64,000 nt of DNA from Candidatus Methylomirabilia bacterium (GTDB lineage: Bacteria; Methylomirabilota; Methylomirabilia; Rokubacteriales; CSP1-6): contig JBGQHJ010000001.1 in NCBI GenBank assembly GCA_041497895.1, positions 1-64,000 of the forward strand, written 5' to 3'. The notes under the pieces are model-generated. The model ran no database searches, had not been told where the DNA came from, and was given only the letters and a program-made list of their open reading frames with translations. How positions within the stretch are numbered: the stretch's first letter is position 1; each line of letters begins with the position of its first letter. The position numbers were made by a program, and so were the translations under genes. This document shows, in pieces, positions 8,825 through 18,990 of the stretch.

Positions 8825-11659
8825 CTACAGCTTGCCGAGGGCGCGGAGGATGACCTCGGGCGTCATCGGGACGCGGGTGACGCGGGCCTTGAACGGGCTG
8901 AGCGCGTCGTTCACCGCGTTGAGGACGGCGCCCGGGGCGCCCGCGACGCCGCCCTCGCCCGCTCCCTTGAAGCCGCCCTCCGAGTAGGCGGTCGGCGTCT
9001 CGACGTGGGCCACTCCGATGTCGGGCATCTCGGGGGCCATCGGGACCAGGTAGTCCATCATGGTGGTGGTCAGCAGCTGGCCCTGCTCGTCGTAGATGCA
9101 GTGCTCGAAGAGCGCGTCGCCGATGCCGTGGGCCACTCCGCCCCGCACCTGTTCTTCGACGAGCATCGGATTGATGATGCGCCCGCAGTCCTCCGCGACC
9201 CAGTGCCCGAGGAGCTTGACGAACCCGGTCTCGACGTCCACCTCGACGTGGGAGAGCTGCACCCCGTTGGTGTAGGCGAGCGGCTGGTGGCGGGGCACGT
9301 AGTGCCGGGTGACGGTCAGCTCGGACTGGAAGTCCTTCGGGAGCTGGTCGGGACGGAAGTAGGCGATCCGGCCCAGCTCGGACAGCGGCATGCGCGCCAG
9401 GCCGGTGCGCGCGTCCACGATCTGCCCGCGGCGGATGTCGAGCGCGAGCGCGTCCACCTCGAGGACGACCGCGGCGACCTTCAGGATGTTCTCCTTGAGC
9501 GCCTTGCCGGTCTGGATGGTGGCCTCGCCGCCGATGCCGGCTCCGCGGCTGCCCCAGGTCCCGCCCCCGTAGGGCGTCACCATGGTGTCGCCGGTGACCA
9601 CCCGCACGTCGTCGACGTGGACGCCAACCGTGGTCGCGGCGACCTGGGCCAGGATCGTGTCGGTGCCCTGGCCCTGCTCGGTGATGCTCGAGAGCACGGT
9701 GAGCTTACCGCTCGGCTCGAGGCGGATGGTGGTGCCGTCCTGGGAGGAGATGCGCGCGCCGCCGGTCCCGTAGGTCTGGGCCCCGGGCACCGTGAGATCG
9801 ATGAACACGCAGAGGCCCAGGCCCCGGTACACGCCGCGGGTCCGGAGCCGGTCGCGCTCCGCGCAGAGCGCGCGGTAGCCGGACAGCTCCAGCACCGCGT
9901 CGAGCGATTCCTCGTGCGAGAGGCGTTCGAAGAAGAGCCCGGTGGGCGCGGTGTACGGGTACATGTCGGCGGTGAGCAGGTTGCGGCGGCGCACCTCGAC
10001 CGGATCGAGGCCGAGCTCGCGGGCGATCCGGTCGACCATCGCCTCCATGACCAGTGCCGCGACCGGGTGGCCGACCGCGCGGTACTGCGACATCGGCGTC
10101 TTGTTCTGGAACACCACCCGCCCGCGCGCGTCGTAGTCGCGGAAGCGGTAGGGACCGGGAGTGGTACGCAGGACCTGGCCGCTCTCGACCACGCTCGAGC
10201 GGGGGTACACCGAGAACGGGCCGACCGGAGCGAGGTCGTCGAGTCGCATCCCGAGGATGGTGCCGTCGCGCCGGACCGCCACCTCGGCGGTGACCCGGTG
10301 GTCGCGCGAGTGGATGTCGGTCTGGAAGGACTCGATGCGGTCGGCGAGGAACTTGACCGGCCGGCCGAGCATCACCGCGAGGGCGCAGGTCGCGATCTCG
10401 TCCGGGTAGGTGTGGATCTTGAGGCCGAACGAGCCGCCGACATCCTTGTTGATCACCCGCACGCGGTGCTCGGGGATGCGGAGATGCCGCGACAGGATGT
10501 CGTGGAGCATGTAGGGCGCCTGGCCCGAGTGGTACACGGTGAGGGTCTCGTCGGCCGGGTCGTAGTCGGCGAGCACGACCCGCGGCTCGAGACTCACCAC
10601 CGTGTGGCGCCCGGTGTCGAAGGTGTCGCGGTACACCGCGTCGGCCGCCGCGAAGGCGGCCTCCACGTCGCCCGACTTCACCCGCGACTCGAGCAGCAGG
10701 TTGTCGCCCAGCTCCGGATGGATGACCGGCGAGCCGGGGGCGAGCGCGGCTTCCGCGTCGACCACCGGGGGCAGCGGCTCCCACGTCACCCGCACGAGGG
10801 CGCAGCCGTCTTCCGCGACCGCGCGCGACTCCGCCACCACCGCCACCACCGGCTCGCCCTGCCAGACCGCCTTGTCGACCGCGAGCGGGTACTGCGGCGC
10901 GGACTTCATGCCCGCGTAGTTCTTCAGCACGCCCACCCAGGGCTCGCAGCGCGGCGCCATCTCGCGGCCGGTCACCACCGCGACCACGCCGGGGAGCCCG
11001 GCCGCCACCGCGGTGTCGATGGCCGCGATCCGCGCGTGGGCGTGGGGGGAGCGCACGAAGGCGGCGTGCAGGAGCCGCGGCACCGGCACGTCGTCGGTGT
11101 AGGTGCCGCGGCCCGCGACGAGCCGCGCGGTCTGGGGTCGCACCACCGAGCGGCCAACGTAGCCATCATCCGCCGGAGGAGCCTGGGTGGCAGCCCGACC
11201 TTGCCGACCGGTTGCCGCATTCAGGACGGCCTGCACGATGGCGTGGTAGCCGGTGCAGCGGCAGTAGTTGCCGCCGATGGCCTCGCGAACGGTGGCCGGG
11301 TCGGGGTGCGGATCGCGCTCGAGCAGCGCGTGGGCGGTGAGCAGCATCCCCGACGTGCAGAATCCGCACTGGAGCGCGTTCTCCATGCGGAAGGCCTGCT
11401 GGAGCGGGGCGAGGACGCCGCTCTCGGCCAGCCCCTCGATGGTCTCCACGCGGCAGCCGTCGGCCTGGGCCGCGAGCATCAGGCAGCCGCGCAGCGACGC
11501 CCCGTCCACCCGGACGGTGCAGGCGCCGCAGACCCCGTGCTCGCAGCCGATGTGCGAGCCGGTGAGCCCGAGCTCGTACCGGAGGAAATCGACCAGGGTC
11601 TGGCGCGGCTCGATCTCCCGCGAGACGGGGGCGCCGTTGACGGTGAGGGCGATCTTCAC
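8825..11659 (-). CDS. xanthine dehydrogenase-family molybdoenzyme, fused 2Fe-2S (CoxS-like) and Mo-binding (CoxL-like) subunits
   Basis: GCEHGVCGACT and QCGFCT..CRCTGY 2Fe-2S motifs, then VGGSFGLK, QYRAVGHP, GQGTDT, GFKGAGEGG. Confidence 0.9.
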   Translation of the reverse strand: MKIALTVNGAPVSREIEPRQTLVDFLRYELGLTGSHIGCEHGVCGACTVRVDGASLRGCLMLAAQADGCRVETIEGLAESGVLAPLQQAFRMENALQCGFCTSGMLLTAHALLERDPHPDPATVREAIGGNYCRCTGYHAIVQAVLNAATGRQGRAATQAPPADDGYVGRSVVRPQTARLVAGRGTYTDDVPVPRLLHAAFVRSPHAHARIAAIDTAVAAGLPGVVAVVTGREMAPRCEPWVGVLKNYAGMKSAPQYPLAVDKAVWQGEPVVAVVAESRAVAEDGCALVRVTWEPLPPVVDAEAALAPGSPVIHPELGDNLLLESRVKSGDVEAAFAAADAVYRDTFDTGRHTVVSLEPRVVLADYDPADETLTVYHSGQAPYMLHDILSRHLRIPEHRVRVINKDVGGSFGLKIHTYPDEIATCALAVMLGRPVKFLADRIESFQTDIHSRDHRVTAEVAVRRDGTILGMRLDDLAPVGPFSVYPRSSVVESGQVLRTTPGPYRFRDYDARGRVVFQNKTPMSQYRAVGHPVAALVMEAMVDRIARELGLDPVEVRRRNLLTADMYPYTAPTGLFFERLSHEESLDAVLELSGYRALCAERDRLRTRGVYRGLGLCVFIDLTVPGAQTYGTGGARISSQDGTTIRLEPSGKLTVLSSITEQGQGTDTILAQVAATTVGVHVDDVRVVTGDTMVTPYGGGTWGSRGAGIGGEATIQTGKALKENILKVAAVVLEVDALALDIRRGQIVDARTGLARMPLSELGRIAYFRPDQLPKDFQSELTVTRHYVPRHQPLAYTNGVQLSHVEVDVETGFVKLLGHWVAEDCGRIINPMLVEEQVRGGVAHGIGDALFEHCIYDEQGQLLTTTMMDYLVPMAPEMPDIGVAHVETPTAYSEGGFKGAGEGGVAGAPGAVLNAVNDALSPFKARVTRVPMTPEVILRALGKL

Positions 11660-12516
11660 TTGGCGCCGTCCATCATCCGCCGGATCACCCGCGCGAGGAG
11701 GACGCCGGCCAGGTGCCGGCGGAGCGCGGGCGAGGCGTGGATGTCGCCGGGCGGGTCGAGATCGCGCGCCAGCGCGCGCCCGGCCGCGGCGAGGGCCTCC
11801 GGGTCGGCGCCGCGGTCCGCCAGCGCGGTCTCGGCGGACCGCGCGCGCACCGGCCGGGTGCCGACGCCGAAGAACACGAGGCGCGCCTCGCGGACCGTCT
11901 GGCCCTCGACGCGCAGACGCGCGGCGAGCCCGGCGAGCGCGAAGTCGCCGTGGCGTCGTGCCAGCTCCTCGAAGCCGGCGCGCCAGCCCGGGGCAAGCGG
12001 GACCACGATCTCGGTCACCACCTCGCCGGGCTCGACCACCGTGGTGTAGATGCCGCGGAAGAAGTCGGCGGCCGCCACGCTCCGCGATCCGCGGCGGCTG
12101 CTCAGGCGGATCGTGGCGTCGAGCGCGACCGCGCAGGCCGGGAGCTCGGCGGCGGGATCGGCGAGCGCGAGGCTGCCGCCGACGGTGCCGCGCGCCCGGA
12201 TCGCGGCGTGGCCGACGTGGGGCACCGCGGCCGCGAGCAGGGGCGCGTGCTCGCGCACGAGCGGCGAGCGCTCGAGCGCCTCCTGCCGGGTGAGGGCGCC
12301 GATGACCAGCCCCTCGGAGGAGAGCCGGATGTCGTCGAGGCCGGGGAGCCGGTTGATGTCGATCACCGCGCGCGGCGTGGCCAGGCGCATGTTGAGCGCG
12401 GGCACGAGGCTCTGGCCGCCGGCCAGGATGCGCCCGTCGTCGCCGTATCGATCGAGCAGGTCGAAGGTCTCGGCGAGCGAGGCGGGACGGTGATACTCGA
12501 AGGGGGCCGGCTTCAT
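11656..12516 (-). CDS. xanthine dehydrogenase-family FAD-binding subunit (CoxM-like)
   Basis: MKPAPFEYHRP, LAGGQSL, IRARGTVGGSL, RRHGDFA. Confidence 0.9.
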   Translation of the reverse strand: MKPAPFEYHRPASLAETFDLLDRYGDDGRILAGGQSLVPALNMRLATPRAVIDINRLPGLDDIRLSSEGLVIGALTRQEALERSPLVREHAPLLAAAVPHVGHAAIRARGTVGGSLALADPAAELPACAVALDATIRLSSRRGSRSVAAADFFRGIYTTVVEPGEVVTEIVVPLAPGWRAGFEELARRHGDFALAGLAARLRVEGQTVREARLVFFGVGTRPVRARSAETALADRGADPEALAAAGRALARDLDPPGDIHASPALRRHLAGVLLARVIRRMMDGAK

Positions 12517-12590
12517 GGGCGCCTATCCTGCCTGAATGCCGGGGCGAGGTAAAGAGGCGGTGGCCCCGGCCGCCCGCGGATCTCGCGCGC

Positions 12591-12887
12591 CTAGCCGCCC
12601 GCCATCGCTCCCACCACCAGCAGCGGCTCGGCGCCGGTCACGACCGCTTCGGGCAGGGGGGCATCCGGCGACTCGTGGGAGAGATCCTGCTCGCAGGCGA
12701 AGAATCTCAGAAAGGCCCGGCGCTGCTGCGTGACCTGGTCACGGATCGTCCCGCGCAGCATCGGATAGGTCGCCTCGAGCGCGTCGAGCGCCGAGCGCAG
12801 CGTGACCGGCGCCGCGACCGCCACCTTCACCTCGCCGTCGACGCGCGCGAGCGTCCGCAGGTGGGCGGGAAGAATGATTCGAATCAT
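12591..12887 (-). CDS. MoaD/ThiS-family ubiquitin-like sulfur carrier
   Basis: 98 aa, [14 protein letters not shown]..., C-terminal AMAGG. Confidence 0.85.
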   Translation of the reverse strand: MIRIILPAHLRTLARVDGEVKVAVAAPVTLRSALDALEATYPMLRGTIRDQVTQQRRAFLRFFACEQDLSHESPDAPLPEAVVTGAEPLLVVGAMAGG

Positions 12888-12894
12888 GGGCGGA

Positions 12895-14010
12895 TCACGG
12901 CAGGGTCTGGACCTCGACCGACACGACCGCGGGGAGATCTCGCACGATCGGCGCCCAGCGGTCTCCCGCGTCGGCCGAGGCGTACACCTGCCCGCCGGTG
13001 GTGCCGACGTACACCCCACACGGATCGAGGGAGTCCACCGCCATCGCGTCTCGCAGCACGTTGACGTAGCAGTGACGCTGCGGGAGGCCGTTGGTGAGCG
13101 CCTCCCACTCGTTGCCGCCGGTGCGGCTGCGGTACACGCGCAGCCTGCCGTCCGGCGGGTAGTGCTCGGAGTCGCTCTTGATCGGCACCACGTAGATGGT
13201 GTCCGGCTCGTGCGCGTGCACGTCGATCGGGAACCCGAAGTCGCTCGGCAGGTTGCCGCTCACCTCCCGCCACGACTCGCCCGCGTCGTCGGTGCGCATG
13301 ACGTCCCAGTGCTTCTGCATGAACAGCACCCCCGGCCGCGAGCGGTGCATCGCGATGCGGTGCACGCAGTGGCCGACCTCGGCGGCCGGATCCGGGATGT
13401 TCTCGGACCGCAGCCCCCGGTTGATCGGTCGCCAGGTCTTGCCCGCGTCGTCGCTCCGGAACGCGCCCGCCGCGGAGATCGCGACGAAGATCCGCCCGGG
13501 ACGGCTCGGGTCCAGGAGGATCGTGTGCAGGCACATCCCGCCCGCGCCCGGCTGCCAGGACGGCGCGGAGGTGTGGGTGCGCAGGCCGGGCAGCTCGTGC
13601 CAGCTCTGGCCGCCGTCGGTGGTGCGGAACAGGGCCGCGTCCTCGACCCCGGCGTGGACCGTGTCCGGGTCGGTCAGCGAGGGCTCCAGATGCCAGACCC
13701 GCGCGAACTCCCAGGGGTGGGGCGTCCCGTCGTACCACTGGTGGGTCCCGGTGGCGCCTTCGTACGAGAACTTATTTCCCGCCGTCTCCCACGTCCGGCC
13801 GCCGTCGCTCGAGCGCTGGATCACCTGGCCGAACCAGCCACTGGACTGCGAGGCATAGAGGCGATTCGGGTCCGCGGGCGATCCCTTGAGGTGATAGATC
13901 TCCCAGCCCCCGAAGTGGGGGCCGGTCACGTCCCACTGCTCGCGCCTGGCGTCAGCCGTAAGGACGAACGCCCCCTTGCGCGTGCCGACCAGTACCCTTA
14001 CCCTGCTCAT
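12895..14010 (-). CDS. BNR/Asp-box repeat beta-propeller protein (sialidase-like fold)
   Basis: Repeated Asp-boxes [48 protein letters not shown]-terminus; AAGGAG RBS. Confidence 0.85.
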   Translation of the reverse strand: MSRVRVLVGTRKGAFVLTADARREQWDVTGPHFGGWEIYHLKGSPADPNRLYASQSSGWFGQVIQRSSDGGRTWETAGNKFSYEGATGTHQWYDGTPHPWEFARVWHLEPSLTDPDTVHAGVEDAALFRTTDGGQSWHELPGLRTHTSAPSWQPGAGGMCLHTILLDPSRPGRIFVAISAAGAFRSDDAGKTWRPINRGLRSENIPDPAAEVGHCVHRIAMHRSRPGVLFMQKHWDVMRTDDAGESWREVSGNLPSDFGFPIDVHAHEPDTIYVVPIKSDSEHYPPDGRLRVYRSRTGGNEWEALTNGLPQRHCYVNVLRDAMAVDSLDPCGVYVGTTGGQVYASADAGDRWAPIVRDLPAVVSVEVQTLP

Positions 14011-14081
14011 TCGTCGCTCCTTTACCGGGCCCCGCATCGCGCCATGCGTGACCCCCAGCGTGGATTCATTTCTACTATATG

Positions 14082-14108
14082 GTCGTACCGGGCGGCTCGC
14101 CATCGACA
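14082..14108 (-). promoter_or_regulatory. ECF42-type promoter TGTCGA-N17-CGAC (leftward)
   Basis: Minus strand reads TGTCGA tggcgagccgcccggta CGAC upstream of the BNR-MoaD operon. Confidence 0.7.
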
Positions 14109-14138
14109 AGCCGGCCGCAAAATCGCACGGGCGGTCCG

Positions 14139-14165
14139 TGTCGATCCCGGGACTTCCCGGACGAC
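14139..14165 (+). promoter_or_regulatory. ECF42-type promoter TGTCGA-N17-CGAC (rightward)
   Basis: TGTCGA tcccgggacttcccgga CGAC upstream of the DoxX, serine hydrolase and DGPF genes. Confidence 0.7.
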
Positions 14166-14198
14166 TACCCCGAAACCAGACTGTGGAGGAGATGGACC

Positions 14199-14573
14199 AT
14201 GACCTATGCCCTCTGGATCATTCAGACGCTGCTCGGACTTCTGTTCATCTTCTCCGGCGGCATGAAGTTTGTCATGTCGGTCGCGGAGATGACAAAGGAC
14301 ATGCCATCGATGCCGGGCTGGTTCCTCCACTTCATCGGGGTGATGGAGATCCTCGGGGGGCTCGGGTTGATCCTGCCCAGCCTCCTGCGCATCCGGCCCG
14401 GGTTGACCCCGCTCGCCGCGGCGGGCCTCGTGATCATCATGATCGGGGCGACGGTGATCACGTTCATCACGATGGGGGTCGGCGCCGCGGCGCTCCCGTT
14501 GATCGTCGGGATCCTCTGCGCGTTCGTCGTCTACGGTCGATGGCGGCTGGCACCGCTGTCGGCCCGCGGCTGA
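14199..14573 (+). CDS. DoxX-family membrane protein
   Basis: [53 protein letters not shown]. Confidence 0.85.
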   Translation: MTYALWIIQTLLGLLFIFSGGMKFVMSVAEMTKDMPSMPGWFLHFIGVMEILGGLGLILPSLLRIRPGLTPLAAAGLVIIMIGATVITFITMGVGAAALPLIVGILCAFVVYGRWRLAPLSARG

Positions 14574-14638
14574 CGCGCGCCTCGCCCCCCCTGTTGATCC
14601 ACAGAGGGCGCGGGCGACTACTGGGCGAGGAGGACACG

Positions 14639-15853
14639 ATGACACCGAGGAGCGGAGGATTCTCGAACGCGCGGCTCGGGCGCATGCGCGACGTCATGGC
14701 CGCCCACGTGGAGCGCGGTGACATCCCCGGGCTCGTCACCCTGGTGAGCCGGCGGGACGAGGTCCACGTCGAGCCGATCGGCCGGCAGGCCGACGGCGGC
14801 GAGCCGATGCGGCGCGACACGATCTTCCGCATCGCCTCGATGACCAAGCCGATCGCGGCCGCGGCGGCCATGATCCTGGTGGAGGAGTGCCGGCTGCGGC
14901 TCGACGACCCGGTGGACCGGCTGCTGCCCGAGCTGGCGGACCGCCGGGTCCTGCGCCGGATCGAGGGGCCGGTCGACGACACGGTGCCCGCGAGCCGGCC
15001 GATCACGCTGCGCGACCTGCTGACCTTCCGCCTGGGCCTCGGCATCATCATGGCCCCGCCCGACACCTATCCGGTCCAGAAGGCGATGCGCCAGAAGGGC
15101 ATGCGGATGGGCCCGCCCCGGCCGCAGACCGAGCCGGCCCCCGACGCGTGGATGCGTCGGCTCGGCACGCTGCCCTTGATCTACCAGCCGGGCGAGCGGT
15201 GGATGTACGACACCGGCTCCGACGTGCTGGGCGTCCTCATCGCGCGCGCCGCGGGGCAGGATCTCGAGACCTTCCTGCGGGAGCGCCTCTTCGAGCCGCT
15301 CGGGATGAAGGACACCGGCTTCAGCGTGCCGACCGCCAAGATCGATCGCCTCGCGACCAGCTACTGGACCAATCCCGCGAGCGGGGCGCGCGGGGTCTAC
15401 GACGAGGCCGAGTGCGGTGAATGGAGCCGCCCGCCCGCGTTCCCGTCCGCCGCCGGGGGCCTGGTGTCGACCGTCGACGACTACCTCGCCTTCGGCCGCA
15501 TGCTGTTGAACCGAGGGCGGCACGGCGCGCAGCGGATCCTGTCGCGCCCGTCGGTCGAGGCCATGACCGCCGACCAGCTGACTCCGGAGCAGAAGGCGCT
15601 CTCCGGCTTCGTGCCCGGCTTCTGGGACAGCCGCGGGTGGGGCTTCGGGATGTCCGTGATCACCCGGCGCGACGGCGTGGCCGCGGTTCCCGGGCGCTTC
15701 GGCTGGGACGGGGGCCTCGGCACCTCGTGGTCGACGGATCCGACGGAGGAGCTGGTCGGGATCCTGATGACCCAGGGCATGTGGGCCTCCCCGCGGGGCC
15801 CGGATGTCTATCTCGATTTCTGGACCCAGGTCTACCAGGCGATCGACGACTGA
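14639..15853 (+). CDS. serine hydrolase, beta-lactamase-related family
   Basis: FRIASMTKP (SxxK), PGERWMY, SAAGGLVST, FGWDGGLG. Confidence 0.85.
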   Translation: MTPRSGGFSNARLGRMRDVMAAHVERGDIPGLVTLVSRRDEVHVEPIGRQADGGEPMRRDTIFRIASMTKPIAAAAAMILVEECRLRLDDPVDRLLPELADRRVLRRIEGPVDDTVPASRPITLRDLLTFRLGLGIIMAPPDTYPVQKAMRQKGMRMGPPRPQTEPAPDAWMRRLGTLPLIYQPGERWMYDTGSDVLGVLIARAAGQDLETFLRERLFEPLGMKDTGFSVPTAKIDRLATSYWTNPASGARGVYDEAECGEWSRPPAFPSAAGGLVSTVDDYLAFGRMLLNRGRHGAQRILSRPSVEAMTADQLTPEQKALSGFVPGFWDSRGWGFGMSVITRRDGVAAVPGRFGWDGGLGTSWSTDPTEELVGILMTQGMWASPRGPDVYLDFWTQVYQAIDD

Positions 15854-15884
15854 AACCACCAGGGACCTACCGGGAGATAGTCCG

Positions 15885-16316
15885 ATGCGATTCATGATGC
15901 TGGTCAAGGCGAGCGAGGACTCCGAGGCGGGCATGCTTCCCACCAGAGAGCTCGTCGCCGCGATGGGAGAGTTCAACGAGGCGATGGCGAAGGCGGGGGT
16001 GCTGCTCGCGGCCGAAGGGCTCCAGGCGAGCTCGAAGGGGACGCGCGTCACGTTCTCGGGCGGCAAGCGCCTCATGACCGATGGACCGTTCGCGGAGACG
16101 AAGGAGCTGCTGACCGGGTTCTGGATGATCCAGGCGAAGTCGAAGGCGGAGGCACTCGAGTGGGCCGCCCGCATCCCGTTCACGGACGGCGAGGTGGTCG
16201 AGGTGCGCCAGGTGTTCGAGTGCTCCGACTTCCCGCCCGAGGTCTTCCCGCCCGAGGGGGCCGCGCGCGAGGAAGCGCTCCGCGCGGAGCTGCAGAAGAA
16301 GGCCCCCAAGCCCTAA
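15885..16316 (+). CDS. YciI/DGPF-family protein
   Basis: MRFMMLVKA..DGPFAETKELLTGFW..EVRQVFE. Confidence 0.9.
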   Translation: MRFMMLVKASEDSEAGMLPTRELVAAMGEFNEAMAKAGVLLAAEGLQASSKGTRVTFSGGKRLMTDGPFAETKELLTGFWMIQAKSKAEALEWAARIPFTDGEVVEVRQVFECSDFPPEVFPPEGAAREEALRAELQKKAPKP

Positions 16317-16319
16317 CGA

Positions 16320-18143
16320 TCAGGTCTCGAGGTGGAACGGCACGTCGACCACGACGACGCCGCGGCGGAACAGGAGCGCGCCCTTCACCAGGAGCGCGGT
16401 CTGGTTGTGCAGCAGGTGCTGCCACCACTGGCGCGGCACGAACTCCGGGATGACGATCGTCACCACCGAGTTCGTATCGCGCTCGCGGATGCGGCCGACG
16501 TAGTCGAGGAGCGGCCGGAGCATCGAGCGGTAGGGTGAGGCGAGCACCACCAGCGGGACCCCGCAGCCTCCCTTCGACCAGCGCTCCTCGAGCCGCGCGG
16601 TCGCGCTCGGATCGAGCTCCACGTAGACCGCCTTCGGGCTGGGCGACAGCGACTGGGCGTACCGCAGCGCCTTGACCACGCCCATGTGGAGGTCGCCGAC
16701 CAGCACCAGCACCGTGTTGCTCACCGGCGGCTCCTCGACGAGGTGCTCGAGGGAGAGCTCTTCGGCGACGGTGTCGTAGTGCCGGTGGATCGCGCGGAAG
16801 CCCAGGACCAGCAGTGGGATCAGGAAGACCACGATCCAGGCGCCGTGAGTGAACTTGGTCACCGCGATGACCACCGTCACCGCGCCGGTCACGAGCGCGC
16901 CGAGCCCGTTCACCCCCAGGCGCCACCGCCAGCCCGCCCCGCCGTCGGTGAGCCAGTGCCGCACCATGCCGGCCTGGGAGAGGGTGAACGAGATGAAGAC
17001 CCCGACCGCGTAGAGCGGGATCAGGGCGTGGGTGTCGCCGCCGAAGATGACGATGAGCGCGGCGGCCAGGCCGGCCAGGATCAGGATGCCGTTGGAGAAG
17101 ACCAGCCGGTCTCCCAGCGTCCGGAACTGCCGGGGCGCGTAGCGGTCGCGGGCGAGCAGCGAGTTGAGGCGCGGGAAGTCGGCGAAGGAGGTGTTGGCGG
17201 CCAGCACGAGGATCAGGGTGGTCGAGCCCTGAACCAGGTAGTAGGGGAACCCGTCCCCGAAGAGCCGTCGCGCCACCTGGGAGACGACGGTCTCGTCGGC
17301 CAACGGCGTGATCCCGAGCGCGGACGCCAGCACCGAGACGCCGATGAAGAGCGTGCCGAGCACGGCGGCCATCCAGCCCATGGTGATGGCCGCGTTGCGT
17401 GCCTCCGGAGGCTTGAAGGCGGGGACGCCGTTCGAGATCGCCTCGACGCCGGTGAGCGCGGTGCAGCCGGACGCGAACGCGCGCAGCACCAGGAACCAGG
17501 TCAGGGTCTGGGTGGTCGCGACCGCCTCGTGGACCGCGGCGGACGGGGGAAGAGTGCCGGTCAGCCACCGGAAGAGGCCGGTGCCCACCAGCACGCTGAA
17601 GGTGGTGATGAACAGATAGGTCGGCACCGCGAAGACGCGGCCGGACTCGCGGACGCCGCGCAGGTTGGCGTAGGCGATGGCCGCGGTGAAGGCGACGCCC
17701 AGCAGCACGCGGTGGGTCAGGAGCCACGGCACCGCGGAGGTGAGCGCGGCCACTCCCGCGGCCACCGACACCGACACCGTGAGCACGTAGTCGATGAGCA
17801 GCGCCCCCGCCGCGACCAGGCCCGCGGTCGGTCCGAGGTTGGCGCGGGCCACGATGTAGGAGCCGCCGCCGCTCGGGTAGGCGTGGATGGTCTGCTGGTA
17901 CGACACGCTCACCACCACCAGCAGCCCCGCGATCGCGAGCGCGATCGGCACCGTGAGATGCGCCGCCGCGGTGCCGGCGAGGACCAGGATCAGGAGGATC
18001 TCCTCGGTCGCGTACGCCACCGAGGACATGGCGTCGGAGGAGAAGACGGCGAGAGCGACCGTCTTGGAGAGCCGCTCGTGCCGCGCCTGGGCGAGGGGCA
18101 TGGGAGCGCCCACGATCAGGCGCTTGAGAATGCTCATCTCCAT
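16320..18143 (-). CDS. APC-family transporter, KimA/YdaO-like (probable K+ transporter)
   Basis: FSSDAMSSVAYATEE, YPSGGGSY, ALTGVEAISNGV, LIPLYAVGVF, LLHNQTAL. Confidence 0.85.
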   Translation of the reverse strand: MEMSILKRLIVGAPMPLAQARHERLSKTVALAVFSSDAMSSVAYATEEILLILVLAGTAAAHLTVPIALAIAGLLVVVSVSYQQTIHAYPSGGGSYIVARANLGPTAGLVAAGALLIDYVLTVSVSVAAGVAALTSAVPWLLTHRVLLGVAFTAAIAYANLRGVRESGRVFAVPTYLFITTFSVLVGTGLFRWLTGTLPPSAAVHEAVATTQTLTWFLVLRAFASGCTALTGVEAISNGVPAFKPPEARNAAITMGWMAAVLGTLFIGVSVLASALGITPLADETVVSQVARRLFGDGFPYYLVQGSTTLILVLAANTSFADFPRLNSLLARDRYAPRQFRTLGDRLVFSNGILILAGLAAALIVIFGGDTHALIPLYAVGVFISFTLSQAGMVRHWLTDGGAGWRWRLGVNGLGALVTGAVTVVIAVTKFTHGAWIVVFLIPLLVLGFRAIHRHYDTVAEELSLEHLVEEPPVSNTVLVLVGDLHMGVVKALRYAQSLSPSPKAVYVELDPSATARLEERWSKGGCGVPLVVLASPYRSMLRPLLDYVGRIRERDTNSVVTIVIPEFVPRQWWQHLLHNQTALLVKGALLFRRGVVVVDVPFHLET

Positions 18144-18316
18144 GCTTGCCTAAGGCTGCTCCCATCGCGCATTCTACGCAACGTGCCCTCGAAAGGAGCG
18201 CATGAATGAACGCCCACCTCTCCGGCCCGACGCTCGCGCGGCTCGAGGGGGCCGGCGATCCGGCCGGGTGACCGCCCCGCCCACCGAGCAATCCACCGAG
18301 AAGGGAGCCATCAGCC

Positions 18317-18796
18317 ATGGCGCTTCGCCACGTCGTCTCGACCCTCACCCTGGAGCAGGCCACCACGATTGCCACCCGCGCGATCGCGGCCGGCCGGCGC
18401 GAGAAGATGCTTCCGCTCGCCGTCGTCGTGGTGGACGCCGGAGGCCAGATCGTGACGCTGCAGCGCGACGACGGCTGCGGCACGCTCCGCGTGCGGATCG
18501 CCCAGGGCAAGGCGCGCGGCGCGCTCGGCATGGGCATCCCGTCGCGCACGATCCGGGATCGGCTGCAGAACCGGCCGGCCTTCCAGAGCGCGGTGGCCGT
18601 CGCGTCGCAAGGGCAGTTCGTCCCGGTGCCGGGTGGGGTCCTCGTCCTGGACCGCGAGGGCCGGGCCATCGGCGCGGTCGGCATCAGCGGCGACACCTCC
18701 GACCGCGACGAGTACTGCGCCATCGAGGGCATCAAGGCCGCCGGTCTCGGGAGCGATCCGCCCGAGCCCGCGCCCGACTGGCGGGAGTCCGCCTAG
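18317..18796 (+). CDS. GlcG/HbpS-family heme-binding protein
   Basis: VVVVDAGG..IAQGKARGA..PGGVLV..IGAVGISG..DE. Confidence 0.85.
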   Translation: MALRHVVSTLTLEQATTIATRAIAAGRREKMLPLAVVVVDAGGQIVTLQRDDGCGTLRVRIAQGKARGALGMGIPSRTIRDRLQNRPAFQSAVAVASQGQFVPVPGGVLVLDREGRAIGAVGISGDTSDRDEYCAIEGIKAAGLGSDPPEPAPDWRESA

Positions 18797-18990
18797 CCCA
18801 GGCCCGCGGCGGTCAGGGCCCTCCGGCCGCCACCGGCACCCCACCGCCGGGACAGTTGTCGGTTGATCGAAAAAATTGACTCGCCTTAAGGTAGTAGCTG
18901 AAGGTGTACCCGGAGATCTCGGTGACGCCTCGTCCGTCAGACCATCAGCCAGGCTCTTCGACCCCTGGGGGAAAGGTGGGACCAGCGTCG

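Noticed and set aside
8201..12049. 1282-aa + strand ORF (and similar giants such as 51856-56094, 52359-55895, 41303-44215)
   Set aside because: Shadow frames of real genes in high-GC DNA; Arg/Gly/Ala-rich with no motifs.
14639..15853. Antibiotic-resistance beta-lactamase
   Set aside because: No signal peptide; it looks like a generic cytoplasmic SxxK esterase/hydrolase, so resistance is unsupported.
18144..18316. c-di-AMP (ydaO) riboswitch upstream of the KimA-like gene
   Set aside because: No recognisable consensus, and a TAGAAT -10 sits too close to the start to leave room; an Rfam scan would settle it.
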